A stretch of DNA of 32,000 bases from Candidatus Saccharimonadota bacterium (GTDB taxonomy: Archaea > Nanohalarchaeota > Nanosalinia > Nanosalinales > Nanosalinaceae), in contig NZ_CP180230.1 in the NCBI RefSeq assembly GCF_047555085.1, positions 960,001 to 992,000 of the forward strand, read 5' to 3'. Shown one piece after another: positions 24,647 to 32,000 of the stretch. Within the stretch, counting starts at the first letter, position 1. Each line of letters begins with the position of its first letter. The notes beneath the pieces were generated by a model. It was not told the origin of the DNA, ran no database searches, and was given only the letters and a program-made list of their open reading frames with translations. The position numbers and the translations under genes are program-made.

Positions 24647-24660
24647 ATACCTTCTTTATT
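24647..24660 (+). repeat. ATACCTTCTTTATT promoter-like motif, copy 2
   Basis: A perfect 14-mer repeat of 24555-24568, immediately followed by CTAG and GTCATGAGTGTTCA. Confidence 0.6.
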
Positions 24661-24664
24661 CTAG

Positions 24665-24678
24665 GTCATGAGTGTTCA
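24665..24678 (+). repeat. 14-bp direct repeat GTCATGAGTGTTCA, copy 2
   Basis: A perfect copy of 24322-24335 that also forms half of the hairpin at the 3' end of the tRNA-binding protein gene. Confidence 0.7.
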
Positions 24679-24696
24679 GACTATTCGCACACTCAT
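24668..24696 (-). terminator. hairpin abutting the stop codon of the CsaA-like gene
   Basis: ATGAGTGT (24668-24675) pairs with ACACTCAT (24689-24696), a perfect 8-bp stem with a 13-nt loop starting 1 nt after the minus-strand stop (24697-24699). Confidence 0.35.
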
Positions 24697-25017
24697 TCAG
24701 TAGAGACTTCCGCCATTGGGAACATCTTTCTCCGGAGCCACCAGGACAGGATTCCCGTCCTTTCCAGGAACTCCTACTGTAAGCACTTCTGATTTGAACC
24801 CTGCAATACGTACTTCGCCTAAATCCGTTACACAGAGTACCTCCAGGCCTTCTACCTCATCTGTAGTATGATTGTATCCTAGCTGTGCCGCACTCTGGAC
24901 CTCTCTGTCACCCAGATCTATCCAGAGTTTCATCATTTCAGGCTTGTTCGATTCCTCGAATTTTTCCGCCTTCAGGACCTCTCCGACGACTATATCGTTT
25001 TCAAGAGGATTTTCCAT
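24697..25017 (-). CDS. csaA: tRNA-binding domain protein (CsaA/Trbp111-like OB fold)
   Basis: VVGEVLKAEKFEESNKPEMMKLWIDLGDREVQSAAQ...EVRIAGFKSEVLTVGV...VLVAPEKDVPNG matches the CsaA/EMAP-type tRNA-binding pattern at 106 aa. Confidence 0.8.
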   Translation of the reverse strand: MENPLENDIVVGEVLKAEKFEESNKPEMMKLWIDLGDREVQSAAQLGYNHTTDEVEGLEVLCVTDLGEVRIAGFKSEVLTVGVPGKDGNPVLVAPEKDVPNGGSLY

Positions 25018-25240
25018 AGAAGGCCCTTAACTCTCTTTATTTTTATTTCACAGGTCCCAAACACGCTGTTCGCTGAGAAAGAACACTCACAGACGCACAA
25101 TTTTACTCAAAAATAACAACAAAAGCTTTTAAATATAACTGTATGTTCAATAAAAATTAACAATCATGGATTTCTGTGCGTGAGTTTCAGCTCATGTAGA
25201 GAGGCCTTGAAGACATAAATGTCGAGGCGAAAGCCTGTTT

Positions 25241-26320
25241 ATGGAGTTCAGAGAACGGATCAGGCAGTGCAGGGCGAAAATGAGGGAAAGAGATATCGAT
25301 CTGCTGATTGTATCTCCAGGCCATGAGATGCTTTATCTTTCAGGCTACAGAGGAGATGTGAGGAGAAAGCCTTCTCTGCTGGTGATACCCCTGGATGATG
25401 AGGCCTTTTTCCTGGTTCCTGAGATAAACAGTGAGGATGTGAGGGAAGTATCCGGTATAGAACGAGTTGTTGGATACAGTGAGAGGCCTTATGAGTTGCT
25501 GCGTTCGCATGTAAGTGAGGTAGAGTCTGTAGGTGTGAACGATAGTATGCCTGCAGTATTTGAGTATCCTCTGCGTGAGACTTTGGACGCTGAGTTCCAT
25601 CTTGCAGGAGTTTTGATAGATGAGATGCGTGAGATAAAAGATGAAAAGGAGTTAGAGAATCTTGAGGCCTCAGCGCAGATAGCCGATAGAATAGTTGAGG
25701 ATATACGTGAGAATAAAGAGGAGTTTACAGGGCGGAAAGAATCCTATCTTGAAAAATTTATACAGGATAAACTGAGGGAGTACGGTTGTGAGGACGAGGC
25801 CTTTCCCACGATGGTTGCATCAGGTAAAAACTCCGGCAAACCCCACCATACTCCGGGAGAAAAAGTGATTAAACCGGGTGAGCCATTGATGCTTGATTTT
25901 GGAGGAGTGTTCAACGGATACGTCGGAGATCAGACAAGGACTCTGGTACTGGAAGGCCAGCCACAGGAGAAATTCCAGAGAGTACATTCAGTTGTACTTG
26001 AGGCCCAGAAAAAGGCAATTGAGAAAGTGAGGCCTGGCGTTAGTATAGGTGAGATCGATTCTGCGGCCAGGGAAGTGCTTGAAAGAGAGGGCCTGGAAAA
26101 GTTTTTCCCGCATAAAATAGGGCACGGTGTAGGCCTCGAGATACATGAGGATCCTGTTTTGAGGCCTGAAAGCAGTGAAAAAGTGAGAGAGGGAATGGTA
26201 TTCAGTATAGAGCCAGGTGTATACATAGAAGGTGAGTTCGGTGTGAGGATTGAAGACGTTGTTGTAGTGGAAAGCGATGGTGCAAGACGTCTGAATACTA
26301 CTTCACGGGACTGGAGCTAG
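25241..26320 (+). CDS. M24-family Xaa-Pro aminopeptidase/dipeptidase
   Basis: It has a creatinase-like N-domain and a pita-bread C-domain with MLDFGGVFNGYVGDQTRT, HKIGHGVGLEIHEDP, FSIEPGVY and VRIEDVVVV (the five metal ligands). Confidence 0.9.
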   Translation: MEFRERIRQCRAKMRERDIDLLIVSPGHEMLYLSGYRGDVRRKPSLLVIPLDDEAFFLVPEINSEDVREVSGIERVVGYSERPYELLRSHVSEVESVGVNDSMPAVFEYPLRETLDAEFHLAGVLIDEMREIKDEKELENLEASAQIADRIVEDIRENKEEFTGRKESYLEKFIQDKLREYGCEDEAFPTMVASGKNSGKPHHTPGEKVIKPGEPLMLDFGGVFNGYVGDQTRTLVLEGQPQEKFQRVHSVVLEAQKKAIEKVRPGVSIGEIDSAAREVLEREGLEKFFPHKIGHGVGLEIHEDPVLRPESSEKVREGMVFSIEPGVYIEGEFGVRIEDVVVVESDGARRLNTTSRDWS

Positions 26321-26601
26321 TTCTCTTCCTGTTTTTCCAGTTCTGTGAGGAGTTCGCTGCATCTTCTTGCGACTTCTGTGCCTTCATCTGTTAACTCAAG
26401 GCGTTTCTTCCTGCCGTCTTTATGAGATTCTACGAGGCCGTATTCCTCCAGTCTGTGGATTATCCTTACTGTATGAGAATAAGTAGCGTCGACTTCTCCG
26501 GAGATCTTTGAGGGATAGTTCTCGGAGAACTGGTTGTTTAGCTTTACAAGTATCCTTGCCGGTTTCACGTTTACAAAGAATCTCTCCAGATCCTCCCCCA
26601 T
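26317..26601 (-). CDS. small winged-helix transcriptional regulator, 94 aa
   Basis: YPSKISGEVDATYSHTVRIIHRLEEYGLVESHKDGRKKRLELTDEG is a typical MarR/ArsR-like recognition helix plus wing. Confidence 0.7.
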   Translation of the reverse strand: MGEDLERFFVNVKPARILVKLNNQFSENYPSKISGEVDATYSHTVRIIHRLEEYGLVESHKDGRKKRLELTDEGTEVARRCSELLTELEKQEEN

Positions 26602-26687
26602 TCTATAGCCCCGTAATAATTTTGTATTCTAGTACTTAAGAAATGCAGTGATGTATAGGTAGGTGCAGTCCTCTAGAGGTCGTTTTG

Positions 26688-26697
26688 TTTATAAAAT
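26688..26697 (+). promoter_or_regulatory. TATA box TTTATAAAAT upstream of the second histone
   Basis: It ends 30 nt before ATG 26728, which suggests a leaderless or very short leader. Confidence 0.45.
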
Positions 26698-26727
26698 TAC
26701 CCGGGGAACTGGTTGATGTGAACTACA

Positions 26728-26925
26728 ATGGAATTCTCTATTAGCAAGATGAAGGAAATGATCAAGAGTCAGGGCGACAAAAGAGTATCAGAGGACAGTG
26801 CAGAAAAGCTAGGGAACGTGCTTGAAACCTTTGCAGGCGATGTCGCTGAAGAAGCAGTAGCAGTTGCAAAGGAGAACGGAAGAAAGACAGTTAGAGCAGA
26901 AGACATTAAAGAAGCTCTAAGATAG
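26728..26925 (+). CDS. archaeal histone (HMf-type), second paralog, 65 aa
   Basis: MEFSISKMKEMIKSQGDKRVSEDSAEKL...KENGRKTVRAEDIKEAL has the same length and conserved RVSED / GRKTV / ED(I/V)K positions as the histone at 147..344. Confidence 0.85.
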   Translation: MEFSISKMKEMIKSQGDKRVSEDSAEKLGNVLETFAGDVAEEAVAVAKENGRKTVRAEDIKEALR

Positions 26926-27020
26926 TTTCATAGGCCTCTCAAAAGGCCTTTCTACATATCTTCTAAATTCTGTATTTTTTAGTCATCAAGGATTTAAGCT
27001 TTAGAACTGAAGTGCTTAAT

Positions 27021-28022
27021 ATGGGTTTTGACGAAGTTCTGGAAAAGATAACTGAAGAGACAGAGTTGTCTGAAGACGAAGTAAAAGAAGAAGTAGATGA
27101 AAAAATGGACGAGTTCGAAGGCCTTGTATCAGAAGAAGGTGCAATCCATCTTGTAGCCAAAGAATACGGTGTTGAAGTTCAGGGAGCTACAGAGAACGAT
27201 CTTAAAATTGATAACGTAGTTCCAGAGATGCGCAAGGTAAATATCAAGGCCCGTGTACTGAATATAAGCGATTTGAATACTTTTGAACGGGATGACGAGG
27301 AAGAAGACGGTCGTGTACAGAATCTTCTTCTTGGAGACGATACAGGAACGATCAGAGTAACTCTCTGGGACGAACAGACAGAGATAGCGGATCAGATAGA
27401 AGAAGGAGATCCTATCGAGATCTCAGGTGCATACACTGTAGAAGACGATCAGGGAAGAGCAGAGATCCGTCTTGGAGATTCCTCGACTGTCAAGATGGCG
27501 GACGAGGACGATGTTCCGGAAGTAGAGGCACCGGAAGGAGCCACGACGACAAAGGCCTCTATCAGAGAGGTCAGTGGAGAAGGAAACAGTTACAGCGTCA
27601 AAGGCCTCCTAGTGGCTATGTACGCAAGCAATCCTTTCTACAGAGTCGATCCTGAGACAGGTGATACAGCCCGTGAAGACGATGACGGAAATCTTGTAAC
27701 TGATGATGGAAAGGAGGTCGAAGATCCTGATCACAGGCTAGCCATCACAGGAGTTATAGACGATGGCACTGGAGCTGTAAGAGCTGTTTTCTTCGGTGAT
27801 CAGGCCCGTAAGGTGCTTGATATCGACGAGGAGACTGAAAGAGAGGGCGATCAGGAGGCTGTTGAAGAGGCAGCTGAAGAAGCTCTCGGCAAGGAGATAA
27901 GTATTGAAGGACGTACACGTTACAACGACTACTTTGATCAGACAGAGATTACTGTTAACAGCGTTGACGCAGTTGATCCTGAGAACGAAATCGAAGAACT
28001 ACTTGACTTAATGGAGGCCTAA
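27021..28022 (+). CDS. RPA-like ssDNA-binding protein with two OB folds
   Basis: It has an N-terminal helical domain ([37 protein letters not shown]). Two OB-fold segments follow ([11 protein letters not shown]...[18 protein letters not shown] and [11 protein letters not shown]...[21 protein letters not shown]), and the gene sits next to radA. I prefer ATG 27021 to GTG 27012. Confidence 0.75.
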   Translation: MGFDEVLEKITEETELSEDEVKEEVDEKMDEFEGLVSEEGAIHLVAKEYGVEVQGATENDLKIDNVVPEMRKVNIKARVLNISDLNTFERDDEEEDGRVQNLLLGDDTGTIRVTLWDEQTEIADQIEEGDPIEISGAYTVEDDQGRAEIRLGDSSTVKMADEDDVPEVEAPEGATTTKASIREVSGEGNSYSVKGLLVAMYASNPFYRVDPETGDTAREDDDGNLVTDDGKEVEDPDHRLAITGVIDDGTGAVRAVFFGDQARKVLDIDEETEREGDQEAVEEAAEEALGKEISIEGRTRYNDYFDQTEITVNSVDAVDPENEIEELLDLMEA

Positions 28023-28029
28023 GAATAAC

Positions 28030-28989
28030 ATGACAGACAATGACAACGATGTAGAACTTGAAGACATCAAAGGTGTAGGTGCCAAGACAGCAGAAAAGCT
28101 GAGAGAATCAGGTTACGAGGAACTGATGTCAATAGCCACTATGAGCTCGGGGCAACTGGGCGAAGTGGCAGACCTCGGTGATAAAAAGGCACAGGGCATC
28201 ATCACAGAAGCAAGGAAGGAGCTCGACATCGGATTTGACAGCGCCAAGGACCGCTACGACGACCGCCAGGAGATGAAGAGAATTACAACAGGATGTGACG
28301 CATTCGATGATATCCTCGGTGGCGGAGTGGAGACACAGGCCATCACAGAAGTCTATGGAGAGTACGGATCCGCAAAGACACAGCTTGCACACCAGCTTTC
28401 ATGCAACGTACAGCTTCCGGAAGAGGAAGGAGGCCTCGGGAAAGGCGTAGTATACATCGACACAGAGGACACTTTCATCCCTGACAGGATCGAACAGATG
28501 GCAGAAGCTAATGGACAGGACGTCGAAGAAGTTCTTGACAATATTCACGTTGCAAGGGCCTTTAACTCGGATCACCAGATGCTTCTGACGGATCAGGCTC
28601 AGGAAATCTGTCAGAACAACGACATCGGATTGATTGTAGTCGATTCACTGACTGCACAGTTCCGTTCTGACTATGTTGGGCGTGGAGAGCTTGCTCCTCG
28701 ACAGCAGAAGCTGAACAAGCACATGACAACACTGCTGAGACTGGCGAACGCACACAACATCGCAGTGCTTGTAACAAATCAGGTCATGTCCAATCCGGAT
28801 CAGATGTTTGGAGATCCAACGAAAGCTATCGGAGGCCACATCGTGGCACACAACTCCGCAGTCAGACTCTACCTGAGAAAGTCCAAGAAGGACAAGAGGA
28901 TCGCACGGCTTGTCGACTCTCCTTACATGCCTGAAGGAGAGGCCGTCTTCAAGGTAGCCGACAGAGGAATCGTACCTGAAGATTTCTAA
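28030..28989 (+). CDS. radA: RadA recombinase
   Basis: It has an N-terminal HhH ([18 protein letters not shown]), Walker [19 protein letters not shown], Walker [13 protein letters not shown] and NQV...GGHIVAH, at the typical 319 aa. Confidence 0.93.
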   Translation: MTDNDNDVELEDIKGVGAKTAEKLRESGYEELMSIATMSSGQLGEVADLGDKKAQGIITEARKELDIGFDSAKDRYDDRQEMKRITTGCDAFDDILGGGVETQAITEVYGEYGSAKTQLAHQLSCNVQLPEEEGGLGKGVVYIDTEDTFIPDRIEQMAEANGQDVEEVLDNIHVARAFNSDHQMLLTDQAQEICQNNDIGLIVVDSLTAQFRSDYVGRGELAPRQQKLNKHMTTLLRLANAHNIAVLVTNQVMSNPDQMFGDPTKAIGGHIVAHNSAVRLYLRKSKKDKRIARLVDSPYMPEGEAVFKVADRGIVPEDF

Positions 28990-29002
28990 CCACATATCCA
29001 AT

Positions 29003-29016
29003 CTTTTCCTTTTTCT
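29003..29016 (+). terminator. T-rich tract after radA
   Basis: CTTTTCCTTTTTCT lies in the 34-nt spacer between the convergent stops. Confidence 0.3.
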
Positions 29017-29023
29017 ATACACG

Positions 29024-29689
29024 TTACAGAGAAAGCAGATTCAGTTCATGATCGATAACTTCCTCTGCCTCTCGAATATCTTCAACAGATCTGAATTCTT
29101 TATCGGCACGAGACATAGTTGAACCTATATAGAAAACTTTTCCATCAGCTCCGAAGTAAACTTCATCCTCAGCATCTCTACCTGTGATAACATGCATTTC
29201 AAGACTCGACCTGTGGACCACATCTTCATCTAGATCATACTTTACCTTTAGGCCTCTACTATCAACTTTCTCCTCCACCAAATCCTGGAACTCTCCTACA
29301 GGCCCCATGTACTCGATGTATGAAGTCTCATACGTTTCTTCACTAGAATCTTCCTCAAGCGTTCTCTCTGCAATATTCTCAAATTTTTCTCTAGAGGTCT
29401 CATTTATCAACTTGTTTTTCCTGCGTGATTCACGGGCCAGCTCGTGCATATTGCCGATACTTGACTCCGAGTAGTCGATAACTTCCTGAACTTTCTCATC
29501 TTTGAGGCCTGTATCAGCAGATATCTCCTCAACAGAGCTCCCTCCCTCATAAAAAGCGGAGAAAACAGTATCAGCAGATACCGTGGCAAGAATATCCGAA
29601 GTAGTCTCATTTTCGTCCTTCAAAACAAGGTCGTCTCCAAGCCCTCTCTTGATGTGTTTCCACCCCTTGACAGGCCTCAATTCATCCAT
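29024..29689 (-). CDS. acidic hypothetical protein with HTH-like segment, 221 aa
   Basis: VFSAFYEGGSSVEEISADTGLKDEKVQEVIDY resembles a sigma-r4/LuxR-type HTH. It is a distant paralog of 30533..31210. Confidence 0.6.
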   Translation of the reverse strand: MDELRPVKGWKHIKRGLGDDLVLKDENETTSDILATVSADTVFSAFYEGGSSVEEISADTGLKDEKVQEVIDYSESSIGNMHELARESRRKNKLINETSREKFENIAERTLEEDSSEETYETSYIEYMGPVGEFQDLVEEKVDSRGLKVKYDLDEDVVHRSSLEMHVITGRDAEDEVYFGADGKVFYIGSTMSRADKEFRSVEDIREAEEVIDHELNLLSL

Positions 29690-29793
29690 GGAAAATCATT
29701 GTAGATAAAGACTGAAGTAAGATGCGAAAAATCTCCTTGCAATTTTCACCACTTTTCAGTAGAAATATTAAGACTTGTCCCCTTTAACTCTCT

Positions 29794-30531
29794 ATGGCTC
29801 CTCCAAGACAGGAAGTTATCGCAGAACTTGAAGGCTTCTCAACAGGATACAGTGAACGTCTGGATACTTCAGCTAATGACATGGCCTCGGGCATAGCAGC
29901 AGTAGCAGTGTATCTGGAAGGCGGAGGAAGAAAAAATATTGCAGAGGCCTACAGGATCGGAAGCCTGATAGGACTGAATACACGGATAGTCGATGACATA
30001 CTGGATGGAGAGGAAGTTGACGCAGTAACCGATAAACAGGCCTTTCTGAACAATTACATCGACAGTATACACGGAAAAGACGTTTCTCCAGAGGAGAATG
30101 AATCAGAAAATATCGCCTATGAAGCCGGCAGATTACTTGGAAGAGAACTTGATACCGAGATAGTAAGTGGTTACATGCAGGACTTCGTGGATATCGCAGT
30201 CGAAGAGGACAAATCCAGTAAAGAAGGATACAAAAGCTACAGCAGAGGTATAAGCGCCTCAATAGGAGAATTAGTGGGAATGGCACTGACAGATCTTGAT
30301 GACTTCGAGGCCGATGCAGACATACTCAACTTTGCGTACGACTTCGCATACCTTGGACAGGTAGCAGATGATAAACTGGACGCCGATACAGGCCTTGGAG
30401 ACGATATAGATGAGTTCTACAGAGAAGCACAGGAAAGAATTTCAAGACATGGAGCCACCGGAAAGTTCATGGAGAAGGCCTCAAAAGTTTATCCACAGCT
30501 ATACCGAGGCATGAAGGCCCTGAGAAAGTAG
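29794..30531 (+). CDS. helical DDxxD...DDxxD protein, possibly class I isoprenoid synthase-like, 245 aa
   Basis: RIVDDILDGE (residues about 67-71) and LGQVADDKLDA (about 193-197) are spaced about 126 aa apart, like the FARM and SARM of trans-prenyltransferases. The typical RRG after the first motif is missing and the proteome is Asp-rich, so chance is possible. Confidence 0.35.
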   Translation: MAPPRQEVIAELEGFSTGYSERLDTSANDMASGIAAVAVYLEGGGRKNIAEAYRIGSLIGLNTRIVDDILDGEEVDAVTDKQAFLNNYIDSIHGKDVSPEENESENIAYEAGRLLGRELDTEIVSGYMQDFVDIAVEEDKSSKEGYKSYSRGISASIGELVGMALTDLDDFEADADILNFAYDFAYLGQVADDKLDADTGLGDDIDEFYREAQERISRHGATGKFMEKASKVYPQLYRGMKALRK

Positions 30532-30532
30532 T

Positions 30533-31210
30533 CTACTGTATGCCGAAAACAGCGTTCCTGTACATCTCACCTGCTCTATTATTAAACTCTTCTGCATCTA
30601 CCTGTAGAACTTTCCCTCTCTCATCGTCGACAGAGTAAGAGACAAATCCCATATCAGGGCCTATATCTTCGCTCCAGCCGAGATAGACTCCTAATTCGCT
30701 GCCTTTCATCTCCCATTCTATATGGATTTCCTCAATATTTTCTGCAACATAGCTTTCAGGCCTGTAAACAATATCTTCGGGAGTAATCGCATCTTTCTCT
30801 GCCAGTTCATCCAGAGTTTTTTCCACGAAATCCGGCGCATCTATATCCCGATCATTCTGCTCCAGTTCTTCAGGATCCAAGAGATTGTCCTCGTAAACTC
30901 TGGACGCCTCCTCGAAGTCTTCTCCGTTTCTTACAGATTCTGCCACATTGGAAATTCTTTCATCAACGGAGAAATTTTGCACACGATCCGCTAAATCTCT
31001 GTATACATCGCCGTTCTCATGCAGATAATTCATCGTTCTGTGGACATCAGAGGCCTCTACTCCAAGAGTTTCAGCGACATCCTCCGAGTCCAGGCCTCTA
31101 ACTTCATAATGCTCAAACACCTGGATCAACGGCAGAAAATTTTCTTCATCAATCTGCAGAAAAACATCTCCATCCTCCTCAACTATCGCGTCAAACTTTT
31201 CCCCGCTCAT
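30533..31210 (-). CDS. acidic hypothetical protein with HTH-like segment, 225 aa
   Basis: VFEHYEVRGLDSEDVAETLGVEASDVHRTMNYL aligns position by position with the HTH-like segment of 29024..29689. Confidence 0.6.
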   Translation of the reverse strand: MSGEKFDAIVEEDGDVFLQIDEENFLPLIQVFEHYEVRGLDSEDVAETLGVEASDVHRTMNYLHENGDVYRDLADRVQNFSVDERISNVAESVRNGEDFEEASRVYEDNLLDPEELEQNDRDIDAPDFVEKTLDELAEKDAITPEDIVYRPESYVAENIEEIHIEWEMKGSELGVYLGWSEDIGPDMGFVSYSVDDERGKVLQVDAEEFNNRAGEMYRNAVFGIQ

Positions 31211-31327
31211 CTAACTCGAACTTGAGATCCTAAAGTTAAAAATTTGGAGAGAACAGGCCTCTGAATAGAAAAATAGATGTAGAACGTGCGTATATGGAAA
31301 ATTAAATGAGAAGGATATGAGAATTTT

Positions 31328-31585
31328 TTACAGGCCTTCGGATACAATCACAAAGTCTCCGATGGACTTGACTGCGGAGAAAGGTACGATCGTACGGCCC
31401 TGAGAGTCTTCCTGCAGGTGCTCCTCGTTTAGATGGTCTGTGGTCTGGCTTACCAGGATGTTCATCAGTTCGCCAGTATCTGCGACGAATGATACGTCTT
31501 CAACATTTCCGTACTTCTTTCCGTGTTCTTCTGATACGATTGTCTTTCCGATTATTTCAGTTCCTCTCGGGTGATCTTCAGCCAT
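31328..31585 (-). CDS. PRC-barrel domain protein
   Basis: IIGKTIVSEEHGKKYGNVEDVSFVADTGELMNILV...IVPFSAVKSIGDFVIV is the typical small archaeal PRC-barrel pattern. Confidence 0.8.
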   Translation of the reverse strand: MAEDHPRGTEIIGKTIVSEEHGKKYGNVEDVSFVADTGELMNILVSQTTDHLNEEHLQEDSQGRTIVPFSAVKSIGDFVIVSEGL

Positions 31586-31636
31586 TTTTTGTGCACCTGT
31601 ATTTACTTATTGATGGATGCAACATTAAAAACTTGT

Positions 31637-32000
31637 ATGGCGCGAGTCTTCTCCGCGGTCGATATAGAAGATGAAGACGTTCTCGATCAACTGGAAAAAA
31701 CACAGGAGAGGCTGAATCTTGGATTCAACACGGTGCCACGCGAAAAAATGCATATCACTCTGGAGTTCTTCGAAGATGTGAACGAAAAACAGATAGACAA
31801 GATAAAGCGATCGATCAGGAACATCCAGATAGACTCTTTTCAGGCCTCTATCAACGGAGTTGGCGCTTTTCCTTCAGAGGATTACATGCGAGTTGTATGG
31901 GCGGGCCTCAAAGCTCCAGAGATTTTCCGGCTGAAGAAACAGGTTTCAACACACGGCGTCACAAGCCAGGATCAGAACAGCTTCACGCCACACATAACGC
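31637..32000 (+). CDS. thpR: RNA 2',3'-cyclic phosphodiesterase (ThpR/LigT, 2H family), 5' part; runs off the window
   Basis: My own translation from ATG 31637 is MARVFSAVDIEDE...REKMHITLEFFEDV...INGVGAFPSEDYMRVVWAGL...FTPHIT. Both H-x-T-x motifs of the 2H phosphoesterases are present, and there is no stop before the window ends. Confidence 0.8.
   Translation, partial: MARVFSAVDIEDEDVLDQLEKTQERLNLGFNTVPREKMHITLEFFEDVNEKQIDKIKRSIRNIQIDSFQASINGVGAFPSEDYMRVVWAGLKAPEIFRLKKQVSTHGVTSQDQNSFTPHIT

Noticed and set aside
24501-24660. Repeated ATACCTTCTTTATT elements as a miniature CRISPR array.
   Set aside because: The repeats are only 12-14 bp, the spacing is irregular (about 54 and 92 bp), only two copies are perfect, and there are no cas genes. 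The same core lies upstream of a gene start elsewhere, so a promoter-like motif is more likely.
24086-24664. ORFs 24086..24304 and 24452..24664 as genes; also a 24-codon ORF starting at ATG 24571 (MADLSGIPLPKRQEYIKKHALRRR).
   Set aside because: Their His/Thr/Cys/basic composition is atypical for this proteome, with no RBS or family support. The region is better explained as non-coding with repeats.
24322-24678. 14-bp direct repeats as target-site duplications or att sites of a mobile element.
   Set aside because: The enclosed 343 bp has no transposase, integrase or terminal inverted repeats. One copy is part of a 3' hairpin of the neighbouring gene. A mobile element cannot be supported.
1-32000. 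tRNA or rRNA genes, CRISPR arrays, IS elements, prophage or defence islands.
   Set aside because: Scanning the spacers by eye showed no T-loop (GTTCRAATC-like) or cloverleaf candidates, and no rRNA-like stretch. There are no regularly spaced repeats and no transposase, integrase, restriction or Cas-like ORFs. Small features could have been missed without covariance-model tools.

Overview
The window looks like a compact archaeal chromosome segment. It has two HMf-type histones, RadA, an OB-fold RPA, a PRC-barrel protein, short intergenic spacers, TATA-like boxes and some leaderless-looking starts. Almost every protein is strongly acidic (D/E-rich) and G+C is moderate (about 43-45% by eye). My inference, not a proof, is a salt-in halophile with a small genome, such as a nanohaloarchaeon or other DPANN-like archaeon. 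Recognisable genes are: histone, DEDD exonuclease, grpE-orf-orf-dnaK-dnaJ, a secreted 941-aa PKD-repeat protein with a coupled small Cys protein, a ZIP metal transporter divergent from a NikR-like regulator, a TVP38-family membrane protein, glyoxalase I, a CsaA-like tRNA-binding protein, an M24 Xaa-Pro peptidase, a small wHTH regulator, a second histone, RPA, RadA, two paralogous acidic HTH-like proteins flanking a DDxxD helical protein, a PRC-barrel protein and a partial ThpR/LigT. The standout is a 9.9-kb gene (13034..22954, 3306 aa). It encodes a signal peptide, about 2,880 aa of sequon-rich Ig-like/CARDB-like/CarboxypepD_reg-like repeats, a Gly8 hinge, one TM helix and a cytoplasmic FtsK/HerA (DUF87-like) P-loop ATPase. 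A 379-aa coiled-coil gene follows 20 nt downstream. The second striking signal is at the DNA level: the palindrome AGGCCT occurs about 124 times by hand count, roughly 20-fold above expectation, in all reading frames and in intergenic DNA. I saw no rRNA, tRNA, CRISPR array, transposase or integrase. One roughly 450-nt GC-enriched non-coding stretch (about 1255..1712) is a candidate structured RNA of unresolved identity.
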